Of a stretch of 64,000 nt of DNA, positions 23,074 through 33,902 are shown piece by piece (positions within the stretch are counted from its first letter, which is position 1; every line of letters starts with the position of its first letter). The stretch lies in NCBI GenBank assembly GCA_037447605.1, contig CM074814.1, positions 2,480,001 to 2,544,000 on the forward strand, written 5' to 3'. The position numbers and the translations under genes are program-made. The stretch is from Zygnema circumcarinatum SAG 698-1b. Lineage: Eukaryota; Plantae; Zygnematophyceae. The notes under the pieces are model-generated. The model did not search any database, had not been told where the DNA came from, and saw nothing but the letters and a program-made list of their open reading frames with translations.

Positions 23074-26000
23074 AGGGCGGGGCGCCGTTCGGGGGGCGGG
23101 GGGGGGCGACCCCCCCCCCCCGCCCCGCGAACGGCGCTTCCGATCGTTGCGCCTGCTGCCGCTGCCTCTGCCGCGGCCACGTGGCAGCCTCTTGTCGTTG
23201 TCTTTGCGTTTTCCTGTCGCGTGTCTTGCTGCATTGCTCTGTTTTTGTNGTTTGTGCTTCTTTTCGTTTTTTGTTTTTTGTTTTTGGTTGTTTTGCTGCT
23301 GTTTTGCTGCGGTTTTTTCTGTTCTAACGTTTCTCGCCTTGTTTTCTGACACATTTTCTGCTGTAGCTTGTCTCTTGCTGTGTTGCGTTTTCCCTTTTGT
23401 CTCCCCCTTTGCGTCTCTTCGTCCTTGAGCTTCTTCTTTTTGAGCTGCTCTCGCCTTTTATGCCCTTTCCACCCTTTTCTGCTGTTTTTGTCCTTCCTTT
23501 CCCTTCTCCCTTCCCGTCGCCTCCCTGGTCCCTTCCCTTCCCTTCCTTTCCTTATTCCTCCACCTCTGTTTCCCTATCCCTTCCCTTCCAATCCCTTCCT
23601 TTGTCCTGCCCCTTCCTTTTCCTCCCCCCCCCCCCTTCTCATTTCCCCTCCCCTTCCTTTCTCCCTTCCCTTCCCTTCCCTCTTTCCTCCCTGTTTCTCC
23701 TCCTCTCCTTTCCTTCCTGTATTCCCCTTCTTTCTCCCTTCTCTTCTTCTTTTCCTTGTCCCTTCTTTCCTCCTCTTCCCTTACCTTTGCTCCCCCCCCC
23801 CCGCATCCTCTCCCTTTCGTTCCCTCACCTTCCTCTTCCCCTTCCCTTCCATCCCCTTCCCTTATCCTTTCCCCTTTCCTTCTATTCCAAAATTTTATTC
23901 CTCTCGCCATTCCTTTCCTTTCCTCTCCCTCCCCTTCAGGTCCCTTCCCGCCCCTATACTTCCTACCCTTCCACTCCCTTTCTCCTCCCGCCCACCCGGC
24001 ACCGCTTCCCTCATCCATTCCCTTCTCCTTCGGCTATGCCTCTTCGTCGCCTCGCTCCCTTCCCTTCCCACCCCCTTGCCTTGTCATCTGCTGTTGCTCT
24101 TCCCCCTCCTGTCCGTTCTTCCCCTCTTCCATCATACCCACCCGCTGCTCGCCCCCGGCCTCTCCCCCAGGTTACTTTTGATCATTGTGGAAATTGTTTT
24201 GCCAGCGGTTTGTCCCGCATATGCTGTCCTCTTTCTTTGCCCCTTCCTTCCATTGTCGACCTTCTTCTACTCCCCTCTTCTTCTACCCGGCCACTGCCAC
24301 CCCTGGGCGGTCTACTTTGCATGTTGGGCCTAGTCCGGCTGCTTGGGCGTATGCTCGGTCTTTAGATGTCCTTGGGTCGTTTTTTTTTGGGTCCCGTCGT
24401 CCACGTCTTTAAGCACGTATACCACCGGCTTTTCGTGTTTGTGTTCGTGATGCTTTGTGTTTGCTCTTGCTCGCCTTGGCGGTGATCCATCAGATGTTGC
24501 TGCTTGGCATGTCCTTCTTCTTTTCCCCTTTGTTTTAATTTTGCCTCTCGTGGTGGGGCTGGCCAGCTGCCGCGACCCGCCGGGCGTATGTCTTCGTTTT
24601 GGGCGGGATTGGGAGCTTTGTAGGCCGAAAGCACGCCGATCGCGCTCGCGGCTCCTCGCCGGCGCGCCGCTGGCCACTCTCGGCCCGCTTCTCTCTTTCG
24701 ACGCCTCCGCTTGGATAATATCGCTGGCAATTCAGTTAGGCCGATGAGGGGAGTTGTTCACATACGCCGCGCTTCTTCTCGACTTTTTACCGGGCCTCGC
24801 CAACAATCTTACATTCCTTTGATCGCTTCTTCAGACTTCCATCCTGAGGGCCAAGGATGTCCCCTTCCTTCATCGACACTTTTGAGCCTGTCGCCTCGTT
24901 TGTGCTTGATCGTGCCGCTTTCATTCGGGCGCTTACTCGCTCCCCTCATTTGTCTGCAGGGGGGCCTTCGGGCATGGTTTATGAGTTGCTTCGTGATGTG
25001 TTTTCTCCAGACACCGGGGATAGTGGGTTTGGTTTGCTTTTTCAGCTTGCTTGTGTCATATCGCAGGGCCGTGTTCCCTCGTCCGTGAGTCATATTCTAA
25101 CTTCAGCTCGTTTAGTTGCCCTTGCCAAGCATTCCGGTGGAGTTCGCCCCATAGCCGTGAGGGGGAGGTTTTGTATCGTGATGTTGTTCTCAAGGCTATG
25201 TGTGTTTTCAGTTACAGGGCCTTTCAGGATCATTTTCCCCTTACTCAGTTTGGTGGCGCACCCCCAAATAAGTGCAGGTCAGGGTTCATGGCATTCGCGG
25301 CGACGCGGATCTTCACCCTGATTGGGTTGTTTTGCAGGTTGATGCGACAAACGCTTTTAATAATGGGTGGATCGTCATGAGATTTTTCATGAAGTTACTT
25401 AGAGGCCCCTGCAACTGATTAAGGCCCCTTTTTCCTTTTTAGCGCACATTTTATTCTCGCTCGAGTCCGCCTCTTTTTCCTCTTGGCGATGCATCTGTGG
25501 AGGGCGCACTTTGGAGTTCATATCGGGACTCGCTAAGGCGCACCCTTTAGGAGGTCCTTTGTTCGCTACATTATCTCAGGCGCTTCGAAGCTTCAAGTAC
25601 GTGCTTTTCCAGGTTGCCTTTTTCCATCAGTACCGACGCATATCATATCATTGGCCCTGCTGACTGTGTCGCCGCTGCTTACTGATTTTACTACTGATTG
25701 GCCGCTATGCGCTTGACGGCAATTTGTCAAGTGTTTTGGTTGGTCTCCTCGTTGGTATCCCTTCACCCTTTCGCCCTCAGGTATCCAGACTTGTGCTGGA
25801 TGGAATTGGTATTCGTGTTTTAGGCTGCCCTTCGGCGCTTGCATCTTGGCGTTGATCGCTTTTGTTGATGATGCTTGCTGAGGATACGCCCGCGTCGATG
25901 AGCTTCCACATCTTTCGCATCCTCAGTGGCTTTTCGCTTACCGCTGTTTTGCTTTTGCGTCCGCTGCTACCTTTGGCTTAACTCTCCCTCCTAACCCCGC

Positions 26001-27430
26001 TTCTTTGAGTCATTGCAATCTTCGATGAGCGCTGTTTTCGACACGCTTTTGGGTCCTGGTATTTTCGATCGACCGAGGGTCCGCTTGCACGCGACGCAAA
26101 CCTCGGCCCCTATTTCAAGGGCGTTTAGGACTCATCCCGACAATTCGCGGTGGCGCTTTCTGGCGCTTTGGGTAGTTGGGCCTCGCTATTCTGTATTTTG
26201 GCTTCAAGGCTTTATTGTGGCTGGTCGCCCATGCTTCAGTCTGTTGTCGTCATGTTGATGATGCGGATCTTCCGCTTCAGCAGGTTGCATTGCGCCGACG
26301 CTTCCATGGTTTGCTTCCTCGCTAGTGCTCAGGCTCGCGGCGCTCGCTTGTTTCCTCTTCGCTGTCACGAAGCCCGTTCCACGCGGGTCCGTTTCACTCT
26401 TGATCGATGAGGCTGTTGCTGCTGCTGAGTTTCTACCCTTATTGGCGTGCTCTTCCTTCTGATGTTGCGCCGCGTTCCCGCTTCTCGCCCAGGGTCCCGG
26501 GCTGGGGCTTGGCTATTGGCTGTTACCCTGATATGTTCCACACTTCGTTTGACACCAGGCCAGTTTCAGCTTGCAGCACGACTTCGTCTCGGGCTCCCCC
26601 ATCCGCCATTGCAGGGTTCTCCTCGTTGTCTTTGTGGTGATTCTATTGATGCGCAAGGCGTTCATCTTCTTCGATGTGCACATGGGGGCGTACGCATTTT
26701 GGCTCATAATGTTGTGCGCGATGCGATTGCTGCGGTGGCTCAAGAAGCTAACTACCTTGTGCGACGGGAGCCGAGCCACCTGGTGTCCCCACGGCCGACT
26801 ATTCGTGGCGAGCGCGGAGTTCGCCCTGATTTGGCTCTTATGGATGGTGCCCGGCGATTTTGGGATATTGTGTTGGGCTTCCATCCAACCCGTCATAGCC
26901 ATTGTCACGCGGCAAAGACATCATGGTAGCGCGGCTGCTCGCGATAGCGGTTCTTTCAAGAAGGAGCTGCATATGCTCAAATGATGCAGCCGACGCAGTT
27001 TGTTCCTACGGGTTATTGAGATTTTGGCTGCCTCGACACCCGCTTGATACCTTTCCTTCGCCAGTGCGCCTATCGCTTCTTCGGGAGATGCATCGGCCCT
27101 CGAAGCCCTCCTCCGCTTATCTTGGCTACCTTTATCGACAACGTGATTCGCCGCCTTCTTCAGCTGCTGCTCGCTTCACGCTACTCGCTGCAGTTGCTGG
27201 TGACCGTGTTGGTGGGACTTCCGCCGCTTCCCTCCGCGACGTGGCTCACATCGGTGACCTTCACGGCCGCTTCTAGGGCTGCGTTGTTGTGCCTAGGCGT
27301 AGTTTTCCTCGCCTTAGCTTCGCTTTATTGTGTTTCGCCCCGTGACCAGTCCTTCGTGGTTCCACATTTTGCCTTTATCCATGTAAATTTGATGGCCTCG
27401 CCATCGCGAGTTCAATGAAAGTTTGCGTTT
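23074..27430 (+). mobile_element. Degenerate non-LTR retrotransposon, RT + RLE endonuclease type (CRE-like clade)
   Basis: Frameshifted RT pieces: ALTRSPHLSAGGPSGMVYELL, SARLVALAKHSGGVRPIAV (24857-25170), DWVVLQVDATNAFN (~25320), HPLGGPLFA (~25540) and a decayed catalytic motif before HIIGP (~25640). Then RLRLGLPHP, a CCHC knuckle (CLCGDSIDAQGVHLLRC), HNVVRD and the RLE motif RPD (26447-26929). Flanked by the direct repeat ACTACAGTAG at 23064-23073 and 27431-27440. Confidence 0.82.
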
Positions 27431-27440
27431 ACTACAGTAG

Positions 27441-27930
27441 TATTGGTTGCAATTTTTAACCATTGGGTTTGAACCATTGCCAATGGTTGGCAATCATCGA
27501 ATCCAATGGTTCCAGCGATTCCTAGAAGTTGGCTTGTCCGCTTTTCAATGGTTCCAACCATTGCTGGCAACCATTGCCGATGGTTGCCAACCATTGGACG
27601 CATTTCGTGGCTGGCAACCACTACGGTACTTAGAAAGCGCAAAATTTTGACTCCGACTGAGAGACTTCAGACGAAGTATTGACAATGTCTGGCAACCATT
27701 GAACCAATGGTTGCATCCAATGGATGGTTGGCTGGGTCGCGAACCAATTTTTGCAGCCATTGGCAACGGTTGGCATGGTTGCACTGACGATGGCTAGTTA
27801 GATCCCGAACCAATGGTTGACAGACATTTTGAATCCAATGGTTGGTTTGGTCGCCAACTAACGGTCCAGATCTAGTCCGATGGTTGATCCAATGGTTCGC
27901 CCTGTGCTATACCTGTACCAGTATTGCGCT
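27441..27930. repeat. CCAATGGTT/AACCATTGG motif array (probable subterminal repeats of a TE)
   Basis: More than ten copies of ccaatggtt/aaccattgg in both orientations. Shares ggctgggtcgc and atggttgatccaatggtt with 48790-48910. Confidence 0.7.
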
Positions 27931-28040
27931 GCAATGGGATAAGCAAGCAGGGCTGCAGTGCGCAGTGGGCTGTGTGTGACCGCGACTCTCTCCATCGGAC
28001 GTGACGACCCGCAACTCCTCGCCCTGAGGTTGTCAAGATC

Positions 28041-28715
28041 GTGAACTTCGCGGCCGATAGGGCCGACATGCAAAAGGGGGAGCCTCATGCCGACCTTCTG
28101 AGGCATGTCAGGACCGTCATTAAGCAACGGGCCAGGCTTCAGTGCTACAAGATTGCCATGGTCGAGTGGACGAGCGGCAACGCCGCTGCCGGGAGGAACC
28201 CCTGGGTCGGCCCGCCCCTCCTACCCGTGACCCCCGGGGTTCCTTATACGGGACCAAGGGGTCGTCCCCCCCGCTGCTGCAACGAGCAGGCCCTCACTAC
28301 CTCACTGCAGGCATTGGCGAACTACGCCATGAAGGTCGGGTTCTCTCCGGCGAGGGCCCTGAGCAAGCCCGTTGAGTTGTTTCAGTATATTCTTCAGATT
28401 CCGGACAGCTTGATGCCCGAGTCCTACGTCAAGGATCAGGCACAGTTCGACAGGGCGATGGGCGCCTTTGGGATCTCCCAGGAGGTGGAGTCTCCCCCAG
28501 GGGGTCAGATGAAGAAGACGCGGGAGTACTTCGAGGAGGAGGAGGTCGAGGTAGGAGAGGCGGCGCCCCGAGGTAGGGCCGAGGTGATTGGTGGGGCGCC
28601 TGTGCGCGCACGAAAGCGGGGGCGCTACGCGGGAGCCCCACCAGCAGGCCCGTCGGCACCGGAACCCTATCCCCCTACCGGGGGAGGAGGAGGAGACCGG
28701 GGAGGCTGGCGGTGA
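28041..28715 (+). CDS. Orphan GC-rich ORF (224 aa), probably TE-borne
   Basis: Non-repetitive, complex protein sequence with GC-rich codons, an acidic patch (EYFEEEEVE) and an NLS-like RKRGR. First ATG at ~28068. No family recognised. Confidence 0.4.
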   Translation: MNFAADRADMQKGEPHADLLRHVRTVIKQRARLQCYKIAMVEWTSGNAAAGRNPWVGPPLLPVTPGVPYTGPRGRPPRCCNEQALTTSLQALANYAMKVGFSPARALSKPVELFQYILQIPDSLMPESYVKDQAQFDRAMGAFGISQEVESPPGGQMKKTREYFEEEEVEVGEAAPRGRAEVIGGAPVRARKRGRYAGAPPAGPSAPEPYPPTGGGGGDRGGWR

Positions 28716-29042
28716 CGTACCGACTCGTCTTCGAGATGCACGGCCCCGGAAGCCTCCGGCGATCTTGGCTACCTTTTATCGACAGCGCATTTCCGTCGCG
28801 GTTGTTGGTGATCGTGTTGGTGAACTTCCGCCGCTCCCTCCTCGCGATGTGCCTCACATCGGTGACTTTCGCGCCTGCTTCTAGTGCTTCTAGGGCTGCG
28901 TTGTTGTGCCTAGGCGTAGTTTTCCGCTCATAGCTTCGTGTTATTGTGTTTCGGTCCTTTGTGACCAGTCCTTCGTGGTTCCACATTTTGCTTTTGTCCA
29001 TGTACATTTGATGGCCTCGCCATCGCGAGTTCAATGAAAGTT
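28715..29042 (+). mobile_element. 5'-truncated 3' fragment of the same CRE-like family
   Basis: Homologous to 27075-27422 (ctagggctgcgttgttgtgcctaggcgtagttttcc...gaccagtccttcgtggttccacattttgc...ggcctcgccatcgcgagttcaatgaaagtt). Encodes the ORF C-terminus LATFYRQRISVA...HIGDFRACF*. Confidence 0.85.
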
Positions 29043-29159
29043 CCTCCCCCCTTTTCCTTAGTTGCAAACAAGCACCATCTGCCCTTTACCATTCAAATCC
29101 GATTGGTCCGTTTGCTTCTGCATTCCCAGGGAACTGAAACTGTAACCGAAACCAAAAGC

Positions 29160-30470
29160 ATGGAAGATGAAGAAGAATGGCTATGGCTTGAAAAATTGGT
29201 GCAGGAAGAAGCTCGTCCGAGAAGCCTTGTGCAGGAGCAGCTCCTTATGATGCTACTCCGCCGCCAGCTGGCAGTATGGACACGTGGACCAATGGCAGAG
29301 GAGCGAATCCGGCGTTTGGATGACTGTGGGCTTGGGGCCATTCACATGGTTTCGGCTCTTGGATATGCTTGGGCCATTCCTCTCCTTACTGGGATGGTGG
29401 GAGATGTTGACTTGCTGGATAATGGAGGGAGAACAGCGCTGCATTGGGCTGCAGCTTGTGGGAGGTACGCTTTTGGGTTTTTCAAAACTAGGGTTTTCGC
29501 TTGACTGTACTCTGTTTTCCCTCTCTTCCTCCTACACAGATTGCAGCATGCAAAAGGTAGTCTAGTGGAACTATTCTTTGTTGAAAAATTTCATGGCTAA
29601 TGTATGCTGGAAATCGATCTGCTTTGAATGCAGAGAGCAAGTAGTAGTGAAACTTTTAGCGGCCGGAGCTTCTCCTGCGTTAGTGGCACACCCCAAAATG
29701 GACCAGCCGGGAGGGGCTACTCCTGCAGATTTAGCAGCAGGGAGTGGTCACAAAGGGATAGCAGCATACTTAGCCAAAATTGCTCTAAATAGGAGCTTTT
29801 CTTCAATGTCTCTTCAGGAGCCGGAGTTGACTAAGCAGGTGATGGCTAAAGCTAAAGCTCTGAAAGCAGAACCGGCTGTTAGTAGTCTTGTAAAAGCTGA
29901 TAAGTCTGTTCCTCGAATAGTAAGTGAGTTAGACTTTCACATCAGGAGAATTGCGGAATTGACGGCTCACAAAGCAAGTCTGATTAAGGCTGCTTTTTTT
30001 TTCTTTTTTTGAGAAGGAGAGGAGTAGCCAAAATAGTTGTTAAGCAGGAGAAGGATGTAGAGGTAAGCGATGAGTTTGGGCTGACGGATGAGGATGTGAA
30101 GGGTCACTTAGTCCGAAAGCACTACAACAAGCTCCGTTGGGCAATTGGTAATTTGGAAAAAGTGATTCTTCGTTGGAGAAGAAAGAGACAAGGATTACGC
30201 TTTCTTGACCATTTACCTGATCGAGGAATGCCCGCTGAAGTTCGCGGAACTTTAGTGGTACAGAGAGTAAGCCCAGAAGAGATACCGCGAAACCCACCTA
30301 TTCCTGATAGGCTAGCTGAGAAGTGGAGAGATGTGGGGGGAAAGAATGCAGGGTTGGAAACGGCTGTAGAAAGGATGAAGGAATTGCTAAATTCGGCGAG
30401 TGGAAAAGCGCAGTACACGAGGCTTTGTCATGAAGAGGTTTTGGTTCAGGTATTGTTGCCAACCCTATAG
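29160..30470 (+). pseudogene. CAMTA-derived C-terminal half (ankyrin repeats + calmodulin-binding domain), lacks CG-1/TIG, frameshifted
   Basis: Exons 29160-29464 and 29634-30470 (GT-AG, phase-correct AG|A). Matches the CAMTA C-terminal order: GLGAIHMVSALGYAWAI, GRTALHWAAACGRE, GATPADLAAGSGHKGIAAYLA, VKGHLVRKHY, WAIGNLEKVILRWRRKRQGLR, AVERMKELLNSASGKAQYTRL. Frameshift in a poly-T tract at 29994-30010. Confidence 0.75.
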
Positions 30471-31718
30471 CCTTGAAAAACTGAGGAGTCTCTATGCATC
30501 AAAATGTACAAAGGTAGGTAAGATAAGGCGTAAGCTGAGCTATTTGGTAAGCTAAGCTAAGCTATGAGTTTTTTGGGTAGTGGATTCTGCTCAGGATGAC
30601 CTGCAGGCACTACTGGAAATAGGGGAGAATCAGTGGGTGCAGGTAAGTTGGGCTTTGGATGGAATGCTAAGAAGAGGAATGGAACTGCATGTTCCTTAAA
30701 TGTGTATCTACTTTTAGTTAGAGGGGGAGAAGGAGAGGGGGGGGGGGAGGAGAAGTGGGGAGGGGGAGGGCGGAGGGGTGTAGGGAAAGAGGGAGAGGGG
30801 AAGAATGGGGGAGGTGGGAGAGGAGAAACTGTCATCGTTGAGACGAGAATGGGCTTCTCATGGTCGGTCTCTCTGTTCCTGAGAGGGTGCAGGCAGAGCA
30901 ACGTCAAGAGTTTGACATCTTGTCAGAGTGACTTTTGCGGTGGACCTTCGTGACTTCCGTTAAATTGTTATTCTGACTGAGGACCTATATCTGTAATAGA
31001 CAACGGCGCTGAATCATTCTAAGCAGGGAACATGACAACAAGCTAGGGAGCTTGTGGATTCTCTTCAGCCACATGTACATAGGAGCCACATATCAACTTC
31101 CTTACTTCGGCGGTGTATCGTCATCTTTTGATGCTTGTAATTACTATACTCGTCTCTCCTCTCTCCTCTCTCCTTGCCGTTGCGTCAGGGGCGGTGGGAG
31201 GAGGAAAGGCTTTGCGATCAACCTCCATTTAGGTCTCACTCTTGATTTTTTTCTCGACCTCATTTTTGTTTGTTTACCATTGTGTGCGTCTCGGAGGTCT
31301 GTTAGATAGCAGGGGTTTTTGTTTGAACGGGGAGTTCGAAAAGGAAAAAAAGAGGGTCGGTCTTCTTTCTACTCCTCAGAAGAAGTCTCCCAGTAGTATA
31401 GTTCGGCGCAGCTTTGACTCTCTTCCAAATAATTGCTCCTAGCGGCAAAAGCTTAGTGACAGTGCCATCTGTGTGGGGGCAGTGGCCTCTCTCTTGAAAG
31501 TCTTCGGAAAGAGCGCAGTACAATTTAATCACGGTCTGTCTGCCTAGATTCTGAACTTCTAACGTTACTAGTGGTTTCCTCGAGGGAACCTGCAAATCCG
31601 ATCAATCAATCAATCAATCGGATTTGTTTCACAATGCAAGGCTTTTGGGTTTATGGGGTGTAAATTTTCACGAATATGAAAGTGAGCGACCCAATGCAAA
31701 GTGATTCAGGTCATACTC

Positions 31719-31965
31719 ACATCATCATCAAATATCAACAATCAACAACGTTACCATCATGATCATAATGATGATGACCCTTATCATCGTCCACCTATAA
31801 CTCACACAAGAGGCTTTCTCTATCTCTTCAGCAAAGAAAAGCTCCCAAAGGAGTATACAATTTGTAAAAAGAGAGACCCAAAAAGGGCCAAAAAGTGCAT
31901 ATTTAAAGCTTTTCCTAATTTTTGCTTGAGACATCTCTCATATTCGAACCACCCCCAATGCCTTA
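31719..31965. repeat. Dispersed repeat copy 1 (CAT-microsatellite headed)
   Basis: Homologous to 33476-33722 (gacccaaaaaggg.caaaaa.gtgcat.ttt.aagctt; gaaccacc). Confidence 0.7.
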
Positions 31966-32792
31966 AAAATCTGAAAAGCTTTGCCCTTACGAAAGAAATG
32001 AATGTTCCAAGCTATGTAATGAAAAGCCTTAACGACGTGCGATTCTTACCAAAGCCCATGCTTTTGCTCCACCAACGCCTATTCGTTACATGTCGCAGCA
32101 TGAGCAGGAGTTGCAAGCACAAGAAAGGGTCGCTGAAAAGGAAAAAGCCCTACGCTCATAAACAAAGCAATAGGCGGAGCTAACCTCTGCTGAAAGTCGA
32201 GGCACTAGCAAACTGACAAGGAGGGCTTAAAATTGCAAGAAGGCTATGACTCGAGCAAAAGCAAAGAGGGAATGGGGCAAAAGCCAAGGCAAGAGAATAT
32301 GGCGATTGACCTACTTTGCTTGTTGCTTGCCCTAATTGTGATAGCAGGCCCATAGATTACATGCAGGGGGTTGACGATCTCTATTTGATATAAAGATGCA
32401 CTGAATTCCGTTGCCTGTTGCTCCACCGTTGTTTAGCATATCCTCTTGTTCAACAATGTGGGCCTTCATCTGTCCTGCGAGCGAAGCTTCTCTTTTCTTG
32501 CTCCAGCTTTATCATCTGCTTCGAGTTTGCCACTAACTGTTCAATACAACACAACAAAGAGCAATAAAAAATGAGCTCAGAAGAAATAATCACGATAAGG
32601 ACTTCTATTAGTAGAGGTGTCACAACAAATGTATCCATAAGCCTACTATCACAATTAGGGCAAGCAACAAGTAAACCAGGCCCCAGCTATTGGGTGATGC
32701 ATATGAAAATATGACAGTGATGTAACGAACTCTCACTAGAAGCAGAGTGAGATTCTCTCTCCATTGCTTATAGATTCTTTGAGTAATCAAGT

Positions 32793-32826
<34 letters not shown>

Positions 32827-33474
32827 CACGAGAAAAAGACAGGAAACAAAAGTAAGATCATACCTGTTTCACCATGGAAATGCAGAAATCCCTGATCGCC
32901 ATATTCTCCTACCTCTGCTTTTGCCACATTCCCTCCTTTCCTTTGCTCGAGCCGTAGCCTTCCAGTAGCTTCAAACCCTCCCTGTCGCCTAACGCCACAT
33001 GGGTGGACATGTGGCGCGCTGGGAGCCTCCGTGTGGGCCTACCAGGCCCTATCCCGATCCGAAATCTCCACGTGTTCCAAAGAACGTGGAACACATCTTG
33101 GCCGTCGATTGGAATGATCGGACCGTCGGAAGTGCTCTCCGGAGCCAGCGTACGGATTCAGGCTTTCGCACGTAGCAGTCCGCACATGAGCTGTGCCGGT
33201 GTGACCGCCGGGATAGGTACGCGCACGTTTACAAATCCACGTGGCAGACTCTGATTAGCTGCATCGCCATTTTTTAATGGGTAAACGGGTAGGCGCACGC
33301 TTAAAAGTCGGCTTTTACTGGGTAAATCCGCGAAATATGTGGCATTATGCGCACACATGTGCTCTAGTACGGTATGGCGGAGATTGTGCTCTACTACATC
33401 TACAACATGAGATGGCACATGGACACAAGGACATGCATAAGAATTGGGTGGATAAAGGGGACGTCCCCATGCAG

Positions 33475-33475
<1 letters not shown>

Positions 33476-33536
<61 letters not shown>

Positions 33537-33722
33537 GCGTCATCGTCATCATTGTCCACATGCAACTCGCACACGAGGCTCTCTCTCAACCAACAAAAAG
33601 ATCCACGAGGAGTATGCGACTTGTTAAAGAGTGGGACCCAAAAAGGGACAAAAAAGTGCATGTTTGAAGCTTCCTAGTCCCTGCCTGCGACACCTCTCCT
33701 ATTGGAACCACCAAAAATGGCC
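33476..33722. repeat. Dispersed repeat copy 2 with a long (CAT)n tract
   Basis: (CAT)n at 33476-33535, followed by ~180 bp similar to 31780-31965. Confidence 0.7.
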
Positions 33723-33902
33723 GACTACCCGACGCCCTAAAAAGGCCAAAACAGACAAACCGACCTACAGGCAGACGGACACGGTCATGCCCATGTCATG
33801 GCCATGTCAGGCACATGCCATGCCCATGCCATGCCCATGCATGGGCAGTCGCATATTGGGAAGGGCTGAAGAGGGGGTGGCGACCAGAGGAGGAAGGAAG
33901 CC

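Noticed and set aside
23368-24365. 320-aa Pro/Ser/Leu/Phe-rich ORFs
   Set aside because: Polypyrimidine low complexity, open in several frames and on both strands.
27075-29042. Direct repeats read as LTRs of a TRIM or LTR element
   Set aside because: The repeats encode the C-terminus of the RLE ORF and lack TG...CA ends, PBS and PPT; they are better explained as two non-LTR 3' ends.
32620-33254. Possible small spliced gene
   Set aside because: No frame joins the apparent donor and acceptor without a stop; kept only as an inverted-repeat observation.
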